Assembly: GCA_965113315.1 (NCBI GenBank)
Contig: OZ220372.1
DNA: 64,000 bases
Reading direction: 5' to 3' (one strand)
Source of the DNA: Podarcis vaucheri
Lineage: Eukaryota
Part shown: positions 48,802-62,150 of the stretch, in pieces
Position numbering within the stretch: position 1 is the stretch's first letter
How the letters are laid out: each line of letters starts with the position of its first letter
The notes under the pieces: generated by a model
What the model saw: the letters and a program-made list of their open reading frames with translations, nothing else
The model's database searches: none
What the model was told of the DNA's origin: nothing
Made by a program: the position numbers and the translations under genes

Positions 48802-49689
48802 TAATGGGATTCAAATGTGGAAGTTTTACTAGCTATCCTGCTGGTCAAAATAAAACACAGATTGTTATTGTTACTGTTATTGCTATTCAGTAGTTTTCTT
48901 TTTAAAAAAATGAATCTAGATGTTGTTAACTACAACTCCCAGTCCAGATTATGAACCACAAAGTGTGTGGGGTTTATGACTGCTGTTCTAATTTACTTAA
49001 ATTGAAAAGCATATTATCAATTTCCAAATTAAATAAATAAACTCTGGCTGCTCTTAATATGTGTAGGTAACTTGGAGAAAAGCTGTTGCCTTAGCAGCAA
49101 GAGTTTGTTGTTATTTTTATTTTCCCCTGTCAAAACACTTCACAATAGTCATGCCTGAGGTGCTGTGTGAAACAGCTCGGCTCACTGTTGCTTTTCTTAA
49201 CCGCTAAGGTGTTGGCTCAATATAAAAGAAACGTACCGACTGTGATGTGCAAGAAGGTCTTTCCAAATTTGATGCTTCTGGGTGGTTAATGTCAAGCAGG
49301 CATTCTTAAAGACACGATCCACTAGCCCACCCATGATTATAAATCTGAACATAAGGGAAGTGTTTTATCAAGGTCAGCTCCAGTGAAAGCTATTCCCTAG
49401 CCCACTATCATTAATCTCCGACAAAATTGCTTTGTGTGCATCATTCCACATATGGAAGTCTGCTTATCGGGGGCCAGCAGTCGCTTCCCTGCCCACACAT
49501 TACTCTCACCTGTGCCTACAACTTCTATTAATGAATGCGCCCAGTTCAAGTCACATTGAATTCAGCGCAACTGCTTTCCTGCTTTTCACAAAGCAGCAGT
49601 CTCTTCTTATCCATTTCAGGGCCAGGGCCAAGAGAACAGAGGAGGACTGCCTGCACCTAGGATCAAATCTGCACCTTATTTCTACTGGT

Positions 49690-50300
49690 AAAGGTACAGA
49701 TCGGTAGGGCAGTGTCTCCAAAGGAGGAGATGAGATGCTGAGACCCAGGGAACAGCCATTAGAGTTGTAGAAGGCAGAGGTTGCTGTGGAGGGAGGAGAC
49801 AGTTCCATTATCATCAACAGGGGCACTGCAATACTCTCCTTCCCCATTCAAATAACATGGATAGACTTGAAAATAGTACCCCTGGGTTGAAAATGCTGCT
49901 GCTCAATGCCAAGCTGGTGAATGGCAAAACAGCACCTATCCAAGATGAGCATAAGGACCCGGCTTGTATTACAAAGACTAGACTGGATGAAGGTGTGGGT
50001 GCAGGTGGCTGGCTAGCTTTAGGTTTCTCTGTACAGCAGCAGGCTAGATTTGGGGATGAGGCAGGAGAGTTTCATTGGCCTATCATTGTGTCTTTCTGCC
50101 CAGGTGTCGTCTCTTGTGGTCTGTTGGGTTTGAGTGTGTGTATGGGACTGTGGTAGGGACTGATTATCTAGTTGCATTTCAATCTGGTTTCAGGCCTGGT
50201 TATGGGACAGAGATGGCTTTGGTCACCTTGATTTATGCTATGATCTGGACAGGGGAAGTGTGTCTTCTTCTGGATCTTTTGGCAGCTTTCAATATCACCT
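49690..50300 (+). mobile_element. Degraded L2-type LINE fragments (endonuclease and RT remnants)
   Basis: LLLNAKLVNGK...ACITKTRL resembles the APE N-terminus; FQSGFRPGYGTEMALV...LLDLLAAF resembles RT. Confidence 0.6.
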
Positions 50301-50949
50301 CTGGTTTTTTTATTACTACAACTGCCCTCTGCCATTTGCCTTCCTAAGCTTCCCGCTAGTAAGCTCTGTTGAAATCTGTGAGATTTGCCTCCAAGTGAAT
50401 ATTTTTATTTTCATGCTTCCAGGAAAAAATGGGTTTAAGTCAGAAGGCCTTGACACAATGGAAGGCTGAATTTGCAGCCAAGTCTGAATCCATTAGGATC
50501 ACCAGTCGTGTTTGGATTACTGCAGGGAGACACTCAAAAGGAAAACATTTAGCATATGGGAGATATTTGTATCATCAAGGCCTTTCACTAATGGCAATGC
50601 TGCAGATAAAGAAAGCTGATGTTTAACAGTAATCAAAACACAAATATGTATCTATGCAACATTCTGTTTATTCATTAATCCTCCTGAAGACCAAGAGGCC
50701 AAGCAGGCAAGCCATGGTTATGAAATTGTGCTCAGGCCCTGTTACTCAAATATCTAATGAGCATTTCCCCCAAAACTGCTAAATGGATAAAGTTCTTGAG
50801 GAGCTGAGTTTGAGGCTGCATGTTCAAGGTCTTGATGTTAATCTGTTTCTGCTTGTGGGTTTCCTACAGACATCTGGCTGGTCACTGGGAGAACAGGATG
50901 ATGGACTAAATGGGCCATTGTCTAGTTCTGCAGGCTCTTCTTAACTACT

Positions 50950-50978
50950 GTGTCTGTCTGTCTGTCTGTCTGTTTGCC

Positions 50979-51009
<31 letters not shown>

Positions 51010-51530
51010 TTTCTCTCTGTTTGGATTCTTCTCAAGATATCATTCCCAAACTTGATACAAAAGTTTCCGAGGTGCTCTTTGTCGACATTTGGAAGCTGGT
51101 CGCTATTTTGAATCAGGTTGGCAGATCGAAATGTCACTTTGGCATGACCTTGCCCCTGGTTTGGCCACCTCTCAAGATACCTGCACCAAACTTGGCATGA
51201 GGCTTCCCAAGATGGGGGTGGGGATGTTCTTCATCACTGTTTGGATGCTGGGCACTATTTAGAATCGAGATGGTGGACCAAAATGTGACTTTGGCATGAC
51301 TTTGCCCATTTGGGGGGAGGCATATGTTAGGCTGCCTCTTGAGATATCATTGCCAAACTTGGCATGAGGGTTCCCAAAGAGGGTGCAGCAGTTTTCAGTG
51401 ATATTTGGATGCCAGGCACTATTTTAAATCAAGATGCTGGACCAAAACATGAGTTTGGATTGAATTACTTCACTTGATTTTGGCTTGATGGGTCCAAAGT
51501 CACAAATTGAACTATCCAATTAAAAATCAC
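50950..51530. mobile_element. Helentron/DINE-1-like non-autonomous element candidate
   Basis: (CTGT)n microsatellite followed by three tandem units of about 140-170 bp, each starting CT(C/T)(A/G)AGATA...CCAAACTTG. Confidence 0.5.
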
Positions 51531-51542
51531 ATATTTTTGTTT

Positions 51543-51622
51543 CAGGTAGGTAGCCGTGTTGGTCTGATGCAGTCGGAATAAATAAATAAAATTAAGAAAT
51601 TGTCCAGTAGCACCTTAGAGAC
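51543..51622. mobile_element. Penelope-like element terminal fragment
   Basis: GGTAGCCGTGTTGGTCTG...GCACCTTAGAGAC resembles reptile Penelope ends as I recall them; a reverse-strand relative lies at about 37037-37095. Confidence 0.45.
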
Positions 51623-52562
51623 ACTACATTGCCTGCCCCTAAGCTGAGGAAATTCTTCCCATGGAATTGCACCATACAGAATGCCATCGAGTGGTGACCA
51701 AAAAAGAGGCATACCCCACTTTTGCCCTTGCACTATGGAATGCCCTGCCCTCTGTCATACATGAAGCAGCCACCATCAATTGCTTCACACATCTTGTAAA
51801 GGCTTGTTTTGGCTCACATTTTCCCTGACGGCATTTTGTGTATTTGAATCCCCTGTATTCTTGCTTTTCTATATATATGCTTTTATGCTGCTGCTTTATT
51901 GGTTTTGTGCTGTATTTTTCTTTTAATGGCATTGTCTTTCTCTTGCACGCTATTTAGAAAATTGTCTGTCGATATATCACGCAAGCAGCACATAGATCAA
52001 ATACAGCTGTAATGTCTGTGATCACGTAGCCGGGGTTGGGAAATCAAGAGCATGCCACTGAAGGAAATAAAAAAAAGGTTGTATTGAACCAAGATATGAC
52101 ACAACTATGCTTGATGATGAAATATTATATCCTGAGCATTAATGCCAGCAGCTAAATTCAAATTAATAATTGACACATTGCTATAACTTTATTTCAGGGG
52201 TTATCATCACTCTAGAAAGCAATTGTCTCTGACACTGAAAAACCTTCAGGATTGGAAAGTGGACTGTTCTGTGATTGGCATCATTTATAAGTAATAATGC
52301 TGAATAATTCATTTTCAAGATACATGTGGATAATATATGGCTGCGGCTAATGGTGCCAAGTAGAGTTCCATTTGCAAAGCCAGGGTCAAAGACTTTTTCG
52401 CATCCTGTATGTTGTTTGATAGACACATCTAGGAGAGCACAAGTCTTCAGTGGTGGTATTAAGAGCTAAATAGCCTATTTCATACACAAGCGCACGCAGG
52501 GACTTTTAGAGGCATAGGATTTTGTTGCAAGTAAACGGAGGAGAGGGACATGAAGTTTGAAA

Positions 52563-54049
52563 TGTGATGTGATCTCAGAACCACTGGCAGTCATCTTTGA
52601 GAATTCCAGGAGAACAGGCGAAGTCCCGGCAGACTGGAGGAGGGCAAATGTTGTCCCCATTTTCAAAAAGGGGAAAAGAGAGGACCCAAATAATTACCGC
52701 CCAGTCAGTCTGACATCAATACCAGGGAAGATTCTGGAGCAGATCATTAAGCAAACAGTCTGTGAGCACCTAGAAAGGAATGCTGTGATCACCAATAGTC
52801 AGCATGGATTTCTGAAAAATAAGTCATGTCAGACTAACCTGATCTCGTTTTTTGACAGAATTGCAAGCCTGGTAGATGAAGGGAACGCAGTGGATGTAGC
52901 CTACCTTGATTTCAGTAAGGCATTTGACAAGGTGCCCCATGATATTCTTGTAAAGAAGCTGGTGAAATGCGGACTTGACTATGCTACCACTCAGTGGATT
53001 TGTAACTGGCTGACTGACCGAACCCAAAGGGTGCTCATCAATGGTTCCACTTTATCCTGGAGAAGAGTGACTAGTGGAGTGCCACAGGGTTCTGTCTTGG
53101 GCCCGGTCTTATTCAACATCTTTATCAACGACTTGGATGATGGACTCAAGGGCATCCTGATCAAATTTGCAGATGACACCAAACTGGGAGGGGTGGCTAA
53201 CACCCCAGAGGACAGGATCACACTTCAAAACGACCTTGACAGATTAGAGAACTGGGCCAAAACAAACAAGATGAACTTTAACAGGGAGAAATGTAAAGTA
53301 TTGCACTTGGGCAAAAAAAATGAGAGGCACAAATGCAAGATGGGTGACACCTGGCTTGAGAGCAGTACATGTGAAAAGGATCTAGGAGTCTTGGTTGACC
53401 ACAAACTTGACATGAGCCAACAATGTGACGTGGCAGCTAAAAAAGCCAATGCAATTCTGGGCTGCATCAATAGGAGTATAGCATCTAGATCAAGGGAAGT
53501 AATAGTGCTACTGTATTCTGCTCTGGTCAGACCTCACCTGGAGCGCTGTGTCCAGTTCTGGGCACCACAGTTCAAGAAGGACACTGACAAACTGGAATGT
53601 GTCCAGAGGAGGGCAACCAAAATGGTCAAAGGCCTGGAAACGATGCCTTATGAGGAACGGCTAAGGGAGCTGGGCATGTTTAGCCTGGAGAAGAGGAGGT
53701 TAAGGGGTGACATGATAGCCATGTTCAAATATATAAAAGGATGTCATATAGAGGAGGGAGAAAGGTTGTTTTCTGCTGCTCCAGAGAAGTGGACACAGAG
53801 CAATGGATCCAAACTACAAGAAAGAAGATTCCACCTAAACATTAGGAAGAACTTCCTGACAGTAAGAGCTGTTCGACAGTGGAATTTGCTGCCAAGGAGT
53901 GTGGTGGAGTCTCCTCCTTTGGAGGTCTTTAAGCAGAGGCTTGACAACCATATGTCAGGAGTGCTCTGAGGGTGTTTCCTGCTTGGCAGGGGGTTGGACT
54001 CGATGGCCCTTGTGGTCTATTCCAACTCTATGATTCTATGATTCTATGA
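52563..54049 (+). mobile_element. CR1 LINE, 5'-truncated, with uninterrupted ORF2 reverse-transcriptase C-terminal part (ORF 52557-53969)
   Basis: Typical CR1 RT motifs NYRPVSLTS, YLDFSKAFD, GVPQGSVLGP and KFADD; short 3'UTR ending in (ATTCTATG)n. Confidence 0.96.
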
Positions 54050-54524
54050 AATACTGTGTTAAACTATTTCATTAAACTGGAACAACTCATGCATGCTATA
54101 GCTTTGCTTGACGTTTTCTGCACTGAAAATAAAATTCCAGGTAGTTTATTTTCTTCTGAGACTTTACTGTTCTAGGGCACAAGGTTACCTGATCCTGCCT
54201 CAGCCAATAGCTTTGGCTACAGTCATTATCAGCTCATGACAATCTGAGAGATGGAAAACACAAAGAATCTGGAACGCTCCCATTTTAAACTTTATGTGTT
54301 GCACTGATTAATGAGGTGTAGAGTCACCCAGAGTAAATGATTAGGCAATGGCACAGGCAGAGAATTCCTACGCTGCTTTACATGCCTTGGACCAGACTTT
54401 TAAAACAAGAGGCCAAAGGCCAAGTATTAACTGGAGTGTTAAAGAAACATGGGCCCTTGGAGCCAGCGCTTTGTTTTATTTTCCTGCACTCTGGTGACAT
54501 GGTAGCAATACTGTATCATAGACA

Positions 54525-55120
54525 CCGTATTTTTTGCTCCATAACACTCACTTTTTTCCTCCTAGAAAGTAAGGGGAAATGTCTATGCGTGTTATGGAGT
54601 GAATGCCTACGGATGGCGGGGGGATCTGCTGCAGTCGTGAGCAGAGGATCCATGGTTCCCCTTCCTTCCCTCCTCCGTGGCTTGCTTTGCTCGCTTTGAA
54701 ACAGCAAAGCGGGAGAAGAGCCACTGAGTGGGGAGAAGAGAGGGACAGAGAGCCTGGTTACAAAGCACGGATCCACATAGATCCTCAGGATTTTTGCATT
54801 GGGTCACCCCAAATTCACCATCAGATCACATAGCATGTCCATGGCTACAGCTTGCACCAAAAAAATCACGCACCCACTGTTGCCTGGGGCCGCAGTGGTG
54901 CAAAAACGTGGTTACAAAGCATGGATCCACATGGATCCTCAGGATTTTTGCATTGGGCTACCCCAAACTCACCGTCAGATCACATGTCTGTGGCCACAGC
55001 ATGAACCACAAAAATCATACATCCACTGTTTCGTTTAGAATATTTTTTCTTCTTCTTTTCCTCCTCCAAAATCTATGTGCGTGTTATGGTCGGGTGCGTG
55101 TTATAGAGCGAAAAATATGG
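54525..55120. mobile_element. pogo/Tc2-like non-autonomous DNA transposon with internal duplication
   Basis: TIR CCGTATTTTTTGCTCCATAACAC / GTGTTATAGAGCGAAAAATATGG then TA; internal direct repeat starting at about 54756 and 54910. Confidence 0.72.
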
Positions 55121-55672
55121 TACTTGTTATGGCTTTCTTATCAGATTTCTGTGAACAGGGCTGTCACTGTGAGGTGCCTTCAGCCTTCCTGACCAGAGTT
55201 CTGGACTTGACAAAGCATGATTCTTGCAGATTACCACGTTCACGAGTATCCCTCCCTATTTTACAAAGTAAGCAGAGTAAATAAGCACACAGGATTGGAT
55301 TTGATGCACATTCGCTTCTTCGGATGAAAGGGATCTTTCCATCAGAAGACTCCATCTGTCAGAGGAAGGTAAAGTTTGGATCCAGCAAGCCGTACACTTG
55401 AAGATATTTGCACATGTGCCTTCAGTTTGACACTGCAGCTAACAATTTGCATTGTGCTGCTTGGACTAGCAAGGTGTCAGATGCGCAAGACTGTCATATG
55501 CCTCTCTCACAAACAAACTCCTCTGCATGGACATCCCCTTAGCAGTTCATTTCTAAAAGAGAAGTCTTTTGTACAAAGCTGGTTTCATGCCCCCTGACCC
55601 GGGAGGACTTTTTACTTTTTATATTTTTCGTAAGATTTTGTTAAAGCTTTTTCATAAAACAATAAAACAATC

Positions 55673-55937
55673 TGCCCGGACACTGAGGTCCAGTCCTGAG
55701 GGCCTTGTGGCGGTTCCCTTGCTGTGAGAAGCCAAGTTATAGGGAACCAATCAGAGGGCCTTCTCAGTAGTGGCACCTGCCCTGTGGAACTCCCTCCCAC
55801 CAGATGTCAAAGAGAAAAACAACTACCAGACTTTTAGAAGACATCTGAAGGCAGCCCTGCTTAGGGAAGCTTTTAATGTTTAATAGGTTATAGTATTTTA
55901 ATATTCTGTTGGAAGCCGCCCAAAGTGGTATAAATAA

Positions 55938-55987
<50 letters not shown>

Positions 55988-55997
55988 TATTATTATT
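55673..55997 (+). mobile_element. L2-type LINE 3' end with expanded (TTA)n tail
   Basis: Homologous to the 14.0 kb copy. Confidence 0.78.
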
Positions 55998-56160
55998 TAA
56001 AAGAAACCAATCCAAATGGAAACATAAACAGAGAAAATTCAGATGCAGAGCTCTATTGACCTCAATGGCATCTGCTTTTATTTGGAGATTTCTCTGCATT
56101 GGGCAGCCTTTCTAATGACAGAGATATGTCATTTGGGCTGACTAAGAACATTTCATTATT

Positions 56161-56326
56161 TAGGGTCGCCATCTTTCAAAAAGTGAAAATCCGGACACAA
56201 AAGTTGTTGAGTTTTTTTGTGGGTTTTTTAGTTACTTTAAGGAAAATTGCCCAAAATGACATTGCTGACATGGATACTGCAGTATTCCAGCTATGTCCGG
56301 GAAATTCCGGGTGTATGGCAACCCTA
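56161..56326. mobile_element. hAT-type MITE
   Basis: TIR TAGGGTCGCCAT / ATGGCAACCCTA; 7-8-bp TSD CATTATT(T). Confidence 0.75.
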
Positions 56327-59300
56327 CATTATTTATAACTCAGCCTATCTTATGACAGTTGACATTCTAGCAAATATTGTTTTGTAAAATAAGTACACCT
56401 CTGTGGTACAGATATTCCAAGGGAATATTGGCATCTTTTATTAACTTTTCCCCAGCTATGTTTACTGTGTCAGAAAGATTATTTATTGCCATCATTTAAG
56501 CAAGTCAGTTAATTAGCCATGAATCTGCGTTTCTGAATGTCACTAAAATTCTGTCCTGTCCATATGCTTGGACCATCAAGTTGATCAAGAGCCTGAATTG
56601 TCCTAAACAAGAAGGAACTTTTCACTGAAAGATAAGTCTGGTTTTGAAATAGACAACTCAAGATAATTGTGCAGTCCATATGGCAGAGAAGATGTGCCTT
56701 GTCATTTCCTTACAAGTTGCTTAGGCTGCATGTCATTATATTCCGCGTGTGGCTAGAGATTATGGCTGAGTCCCTCACTTGACACTTCCCTTAGAATTGC
56801 AAAGGACGTGGGTGAAATGACTTGCAAGGGCAGGAAAATTACTGATAGTGAATCATTGTTGGGCTCTGTGTATGACTCCCAGCCCAAACATTTGACAAAC
56901 ATTAGGCAAAGACCTGCTATTGCTATTAAAATAGGAATCTACTCTTAAAATTCATGGTGTAATCATATAGCACAGAAAATAAGCTCTCTGCTATATTTCA
57001 GATAAAATGGTTTTTTTAGCAGGTGGGGGTAGAATTGCATTTCATGTGACACAGTGACTTTAAAGTCCATATCCTACAAGCCATGTAAATAACAATACAG
57101 TTTGTTGTAGAATTGGATACAACTTTTATTGATGAATCCCTAAAGCTTTACAAAGCATGAGAGCAAGACGTAAACATGCATACTTTTTCCCCTCTCCAAA
57201 TTTATGCCAGGATGCTAATAATATAGTTTAGTCTGCAAATACTAAACTTACTTACTGAGGAGTAATGCTGTAATCCTACATTCTCTTACCTGGGAATAAG
57301 CACCGTTATCTGGGAGTAAGCCAAATTGGGTACTTCTGGATAGACTTGTACTGCATAGGATTGCCTTGCCAGGCCCATGGAGTAAATCTGCAAATGAATG
57401 TTCAATTGTGTTTATCATTCTAAGCTTACCTAAAATCCTTTTGTCCTTAGCTCATAAGAGCTGCCACCAGTTCTAAATGGCAAGTTTGCAGTACACAACT
57501 ACTCAGAAGTAAACCCATCAAGTTCAATCGCACATACCCCCAGGTAAGGATGTGGGAGAAATTTAATTCAAGGTGAACTTACTGAATTTGCACTTTTGAA
57601 ATACTATGTGAACCTGAAACACAGCCCTCTTTCAAAATTCGTACTTCTCCAAATGTTGATGTTTGGCCCTCCAGACATGTAATGTGTACAAAAATGCATA
57701 TGCTAGGGTAAAGTGAGCGTATAACTGCATGTATTAGTGAAAATAACATTTTGAAATGCAGTATATTAAAGGAAATTGCTTTACAAGTAATGTGTTATTA
57801 GGAGAAATTTGCAGTAAGTGCTAATGAATTTTCACTTTTTTGGAGAATCAAACTTAAGCTTGGGAAAATGAGAAAACAAGAGAAACTGAAATTGACAGAT
57901 TGGCCTATCCATATTCCCAGGTACGTGTGTGTATAGGATTTCAGCCTTGAAGGTTTCTCAGAAAACAAAGACCCTTGCCCATACCTTCATTCTAGTTTAC
58001 TGCTTAGCTCAGTTCACAGCCAATACCTTATGACTGGCTACTAACATTAAAAATAAAGCAAAGCGAATATTTTAAGAGCACAGCAGGAGTTCTAGCTTTG
58101 AATCATAATTTCGTGCAGTCCAGGCAAGCCTCTCTATGGGAACTTAGGGGTTTCAAATATTTATCTGTTGCTTTTTCACTAAGTCTTCAAAGCAACCAAC
58201 AATTAAAAAATAACCAAAATAGAACTGTAAGATTAAAATATGAAAACACTAAAAAAACATAAAGGTAGTTTATCCATTTAAAACAGATAAGATAAGAAAA
58301 GAAAACAGAGCAGCAGTCAATAAAATCAACTGAGCAGTAAGAATATAAATCAAGGCAACCTGGTGTAGGTATAAAAAGAAATGAATTTTTTTTAGTCTGA
58401 AATGTTAAAAAGACATTTTAATGCATAACAGTGACCTAGGCAGAGGAATTAGAAGCAGGGGAATGACAGCATAGGAAATGGAAGCTCAGTTTTACATTTC
58501 CTGTATCTCCAGCTATATAACTGGATAAAGTAGGAGTAAATTCTTCTACTGTAAAATTCTTGAAAACTTTTCAATAAACAATAAATATCATATAACTATA
58601 GAATTGGAAAGGATCAACTAGTCCAGCTCTTCTGTACTGGGGGCCGAACCTGCAACCTTGGGGTTATCAGCACCACACTGAGCTATTCTTCAAAACCTTA
58701 ACCAGGTACCTAAATGACAATATTGTGGGTGCTTTATGAATCTGGGTGGGGTGCCACTGCTGAAAAGACTAGATTGTCCGGTGGATGTCTTCTGAAGTTG
58801 ATCTTAAAGACCTGGTAAGTTCACATGGCAGAAAGTGTTGCTTTAAATAACCACGTCCCAAACCATTTGCCCTGACATGTAAATATAGCTGCAGATAAGC
58901 CTCACAGTACCCAACTTCCAGTCATTTCCTGAGCATCTATTATTATATAACCATATTTGTGGCTAGTATTAATGTGCTCTCATGGTTGGCATATCTATTG
59001 TACTTCATTATCACTTATTCTTTGCAAACTCATGGATCATTTGGCAAGTCTTTTCTTAAAAGGCTGTTTTCCCTCCTTGCCCAGCTATTTTTATTCTGAC
59101 TGCTTTGATGTTTTTTCTATGTGCTCTTCTCACATCTTCAAACACTGCCAATTCATTAAGGAATTTCTCTGCTGGTTGTGACACTACTTTGATTTACCAT
59201 TCGTGCATCAACAAATTAAAATGGAGCACGCCTCCTTTGGTTTCTAATAGACGCACCAAGTGTATGCAAATTTAACGCCACCTTTCTTTCTTTTTTTAAA

Positions 59301-59433
59301 AAAAGGAATCATCTAAGGCTCCTCTGGCTGGGGGATTCTAGTGCCCACCCCCTTCAGTTCAGAATTAGAAAACTAGAATTAAAGTATATAAGGAAGGCAA
59401 TACAAAAAGAGCAGGGACATACTGCAGCTAGTA

Positions 59434-59675
59434 CAGTGGTACCTCGGGTTACAGACGCTCCAGGTTACGGACACTTCAGGTTACAGTCTCCGCTAACCCA
59501 GAAATATTACCTCGGGTTAAGAACTTTGCTTCAGGATGAGAACAGAAATTGTGCTCCGGCGGCGCGGCAGCAGCAGGAGGCCCCATTAGTTAAAGTGGTG
59601 CTTCAGGTTAAGAACAGTTTCAGGTTAATAACAGACCTCCAGAACGAATTAAGTTCTTAACCTGAGGTACAACTG
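59434..59675 (+). mobile_element. MITE family A, copy 5
   Basis: TIRs and TA TSD. Confidence 0.88.
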
Positions 59676-61435
59676 TACCTTTTCCCAACATTATAGAATA
59701 GCAGTAGAGTCATCAGGGGAGGAGTTTGGGGCAGAAGTCAAGGGTTTAGTTTCACCAAATAGGAGGGAAGAGTAGATACGGTGACTTGAGTGCAATAAAA
59801 TAATATTAAATCAAGTACTCCAGATTGATTATATTCTCAGTGTGGGGTGTGTGTGAATTTCTTCATTGTTTCTTTACAATAGCGCAAACACTATTCAGAA
59901 TCATGAGCTGAAGAATGTCAGAAGCTGCCATATTAAAGTATTGTTACAAAAGTTGGATGCCACTTCCACTCTCGGCCAAGTGATAGCAAGATCTCAGGTG
60001 GTTCCAGGCACTCACCGGGGGTCTGTGTTCCTTTGGAGAATTGAGACATGCCGGAGACCGTCATAGCTTTATGAAATATGGTTTATTCGCCCCTTTATAC
60101 CTTCAGTCTGCATGGAGGGAGTCCAGATCTTACATTATTTCAAGAGGGGCTTATTACCCCAAGCAGTGCAGCCATCGAGACCAAGGTATCTTTCCCAGCC
60201 AGCCTGCCCAAGATGGATCCCAGTCTTGTCTCTTCCTTCTTCTTCATCTTCCTCAAAAATACCCTTTTCCTGTCACTTCAAAGACACACCCTATCACTTT
60301 GGCAACATCTGTCTCCCCAGGCCAAAGGATTCCTCTCAAATGGCCCATCAACACCTTTTGTCATGTTAACAGATTTGCTCTTCACTAGGCCACCAGGCTG
60401 GTTTGCATGAGTCAGCCCAGGGATTCCCTCTCTTGCACAGCTCTGCAGTTTATACTTTCATCCATATCCCAATTAATCAAAATCCAACCATTTATGAATT
60501 TCTAGGGTTTATGCTCCACCCCCCCATCTATAACAGTACGTTGTAACTTTGCTACTGTTTTGGTCTTGCTCTTTAACTTCTGCATGCTTTTGTTTTGTTA
60601 TAATTGCACCTTGTTCCACTTTGTATCCCAGGAAACGGATTTGTTTAATGTTGTCAGTATTGATTAAACCTCTGTATTCTTTCTCAGAAGGCAGATTGGG
60701 AGTTAAGAATGGCAAACCGGTACAAACTTTTGGAAAAAACTCAACAAAACCACAAACTGAGTGCAGATTTATGATGGTTAACAGCTCTCCTTTTGAATGG
60801 ACTCTTCCGCAAGTCTGCCATGCATCAAAGATTTGATTGCACTTTTCAAACTCATGCAGATTTCATCACCCATAAATGAAGCAAGTAGTTCTCTAAGACT
60901 GATTAACCCAGGCCATCAGGGAACTTGCAGTTTACGTGGCATCCTTGTCTAATCTGCCATCATTACAATCATTTAGGTCATTGCTGCACTTGGTGACAAG
61001 CTGCTACAGATGTAGAAAGGAGTCGGGTGTGCAGCTGATGCTGCAGAATGTCCTATTTCCTATTTTCCCAGACTTCTGCATGAAAATAATCATCCATGAA
61101 GTTTTTTGCAGCTAGTTATTTGCATGCAATAATAATAATAAACCCTCCAGTAACATAAATACAGAACAGTTGCTGAGTAAGGGCTGGAATCACTTGTGTT
61201 ACTTAATGATGGCAAAGGTGGAAAATATGCACGCAGGGCCAACTCTGCTATTGGGCAGAGTGGGAAGGATCTCTCAGGTAGCTGATTTGGGGCATCATGA
61301 AAGGGCAGCAAGTTTTTGGTTATTTATTTAATAGTTATAGGGCTGTACCCAAAGTTGTCCATGTGAGAGCAGAACCAACTTCCGTTCACACATGTGTGAC
61401 TTTGCTTTCCTCTCCTCCCCCATGCAGATTCTCCC

Positions 61436-61698
61436 TGTTATGTACTGAAGTTCTCACCCTGGGACAGCAGAGGGATACTGTAGATAGTTTTCACTCAGGT
61501 CCGCATATGCAAATAAGGAAATGAAAGTGACGTTCAGTGATTGGATAGTTACAGAAAGTTGTTACTGTTGCTTTGTAGTTGAGCTCTATATAAGCAGGTT
61601 GGCTGAACCCTTCAGTTCAGTTCTGTTCTGGCCTTGAATAAACAAAAGCTGTCTGAAGAATCGCTGTGTCGTCTGATATGTTCACCCACAACTTAACA
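61436..61698 (+). mobile_element. Compact solo LTR
   Basis: TGTTA...TAACA termini; near-TSD CTCCC/CCCCC; internal ATTGG (CCAAT), TATATAA and AATAAA in U3-R-U5 order. Confidence 0.8.
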
Positions 61699-62150
61699 CC
61701 CCCCATGTCCACAAAATCTGCTCAAGAGTGGTGGGCCCTCTGGAGCAAATTTTGCGGGTGTATGGAGGGATGTAGAGAGGAGGAGAGAAAGGTGAAGTCC
61801 CACTGAGTGAGTGGAAGTCCTCTCGTGTAATGCAAGATTCCACCCATTGTATTTTTCTTTCTGGGGAGCAGGACAGGAACTTGTGAGGATTTTCTTCCTT
61901 TGGTGTCAAAATAACCTGACTGGCTTTGGGTGCAATGGCACCTTGACTTGTAGGGCACCCACTGCTGCCCCACAGAACACTGGTTAAAAACCACTAGCCT
62001 AGCCACATCATAAGTGGTCAAAGTAAACCGGGGCAATTCAGGTAGGTCACAAGGGGTATTCTTTCTTGACATAGGCTCTTTTGTCACCTGCTGTCATGGA
62101 TGTAGAGTCTAGAGCCATTAAAGTACTGCGTTGAAAGAAAAAAATCATTA

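Noticed and set aside
51030-51460. CRISPR-like repeat-spacer pattern (also the internal repeats of MITE family A)
   Set aside because: Vertebrate DNA; the units are diverged tandem copies without unique spacers, and there are no cas genes.
51543-51622. Hammerhead ribozyme associated with Penelope-like fragments
   Set aside because: No CUGANGA...GAAA core with supporting stems was found in or near the fragments.
52557-53969. 470-aa reverse transcriptase as a host gene or retron-like system
   Set aside because: Standard 5'-truncated CR1 ORF2 with a CR1 tail; no ATG start context, promoter or partner gene.
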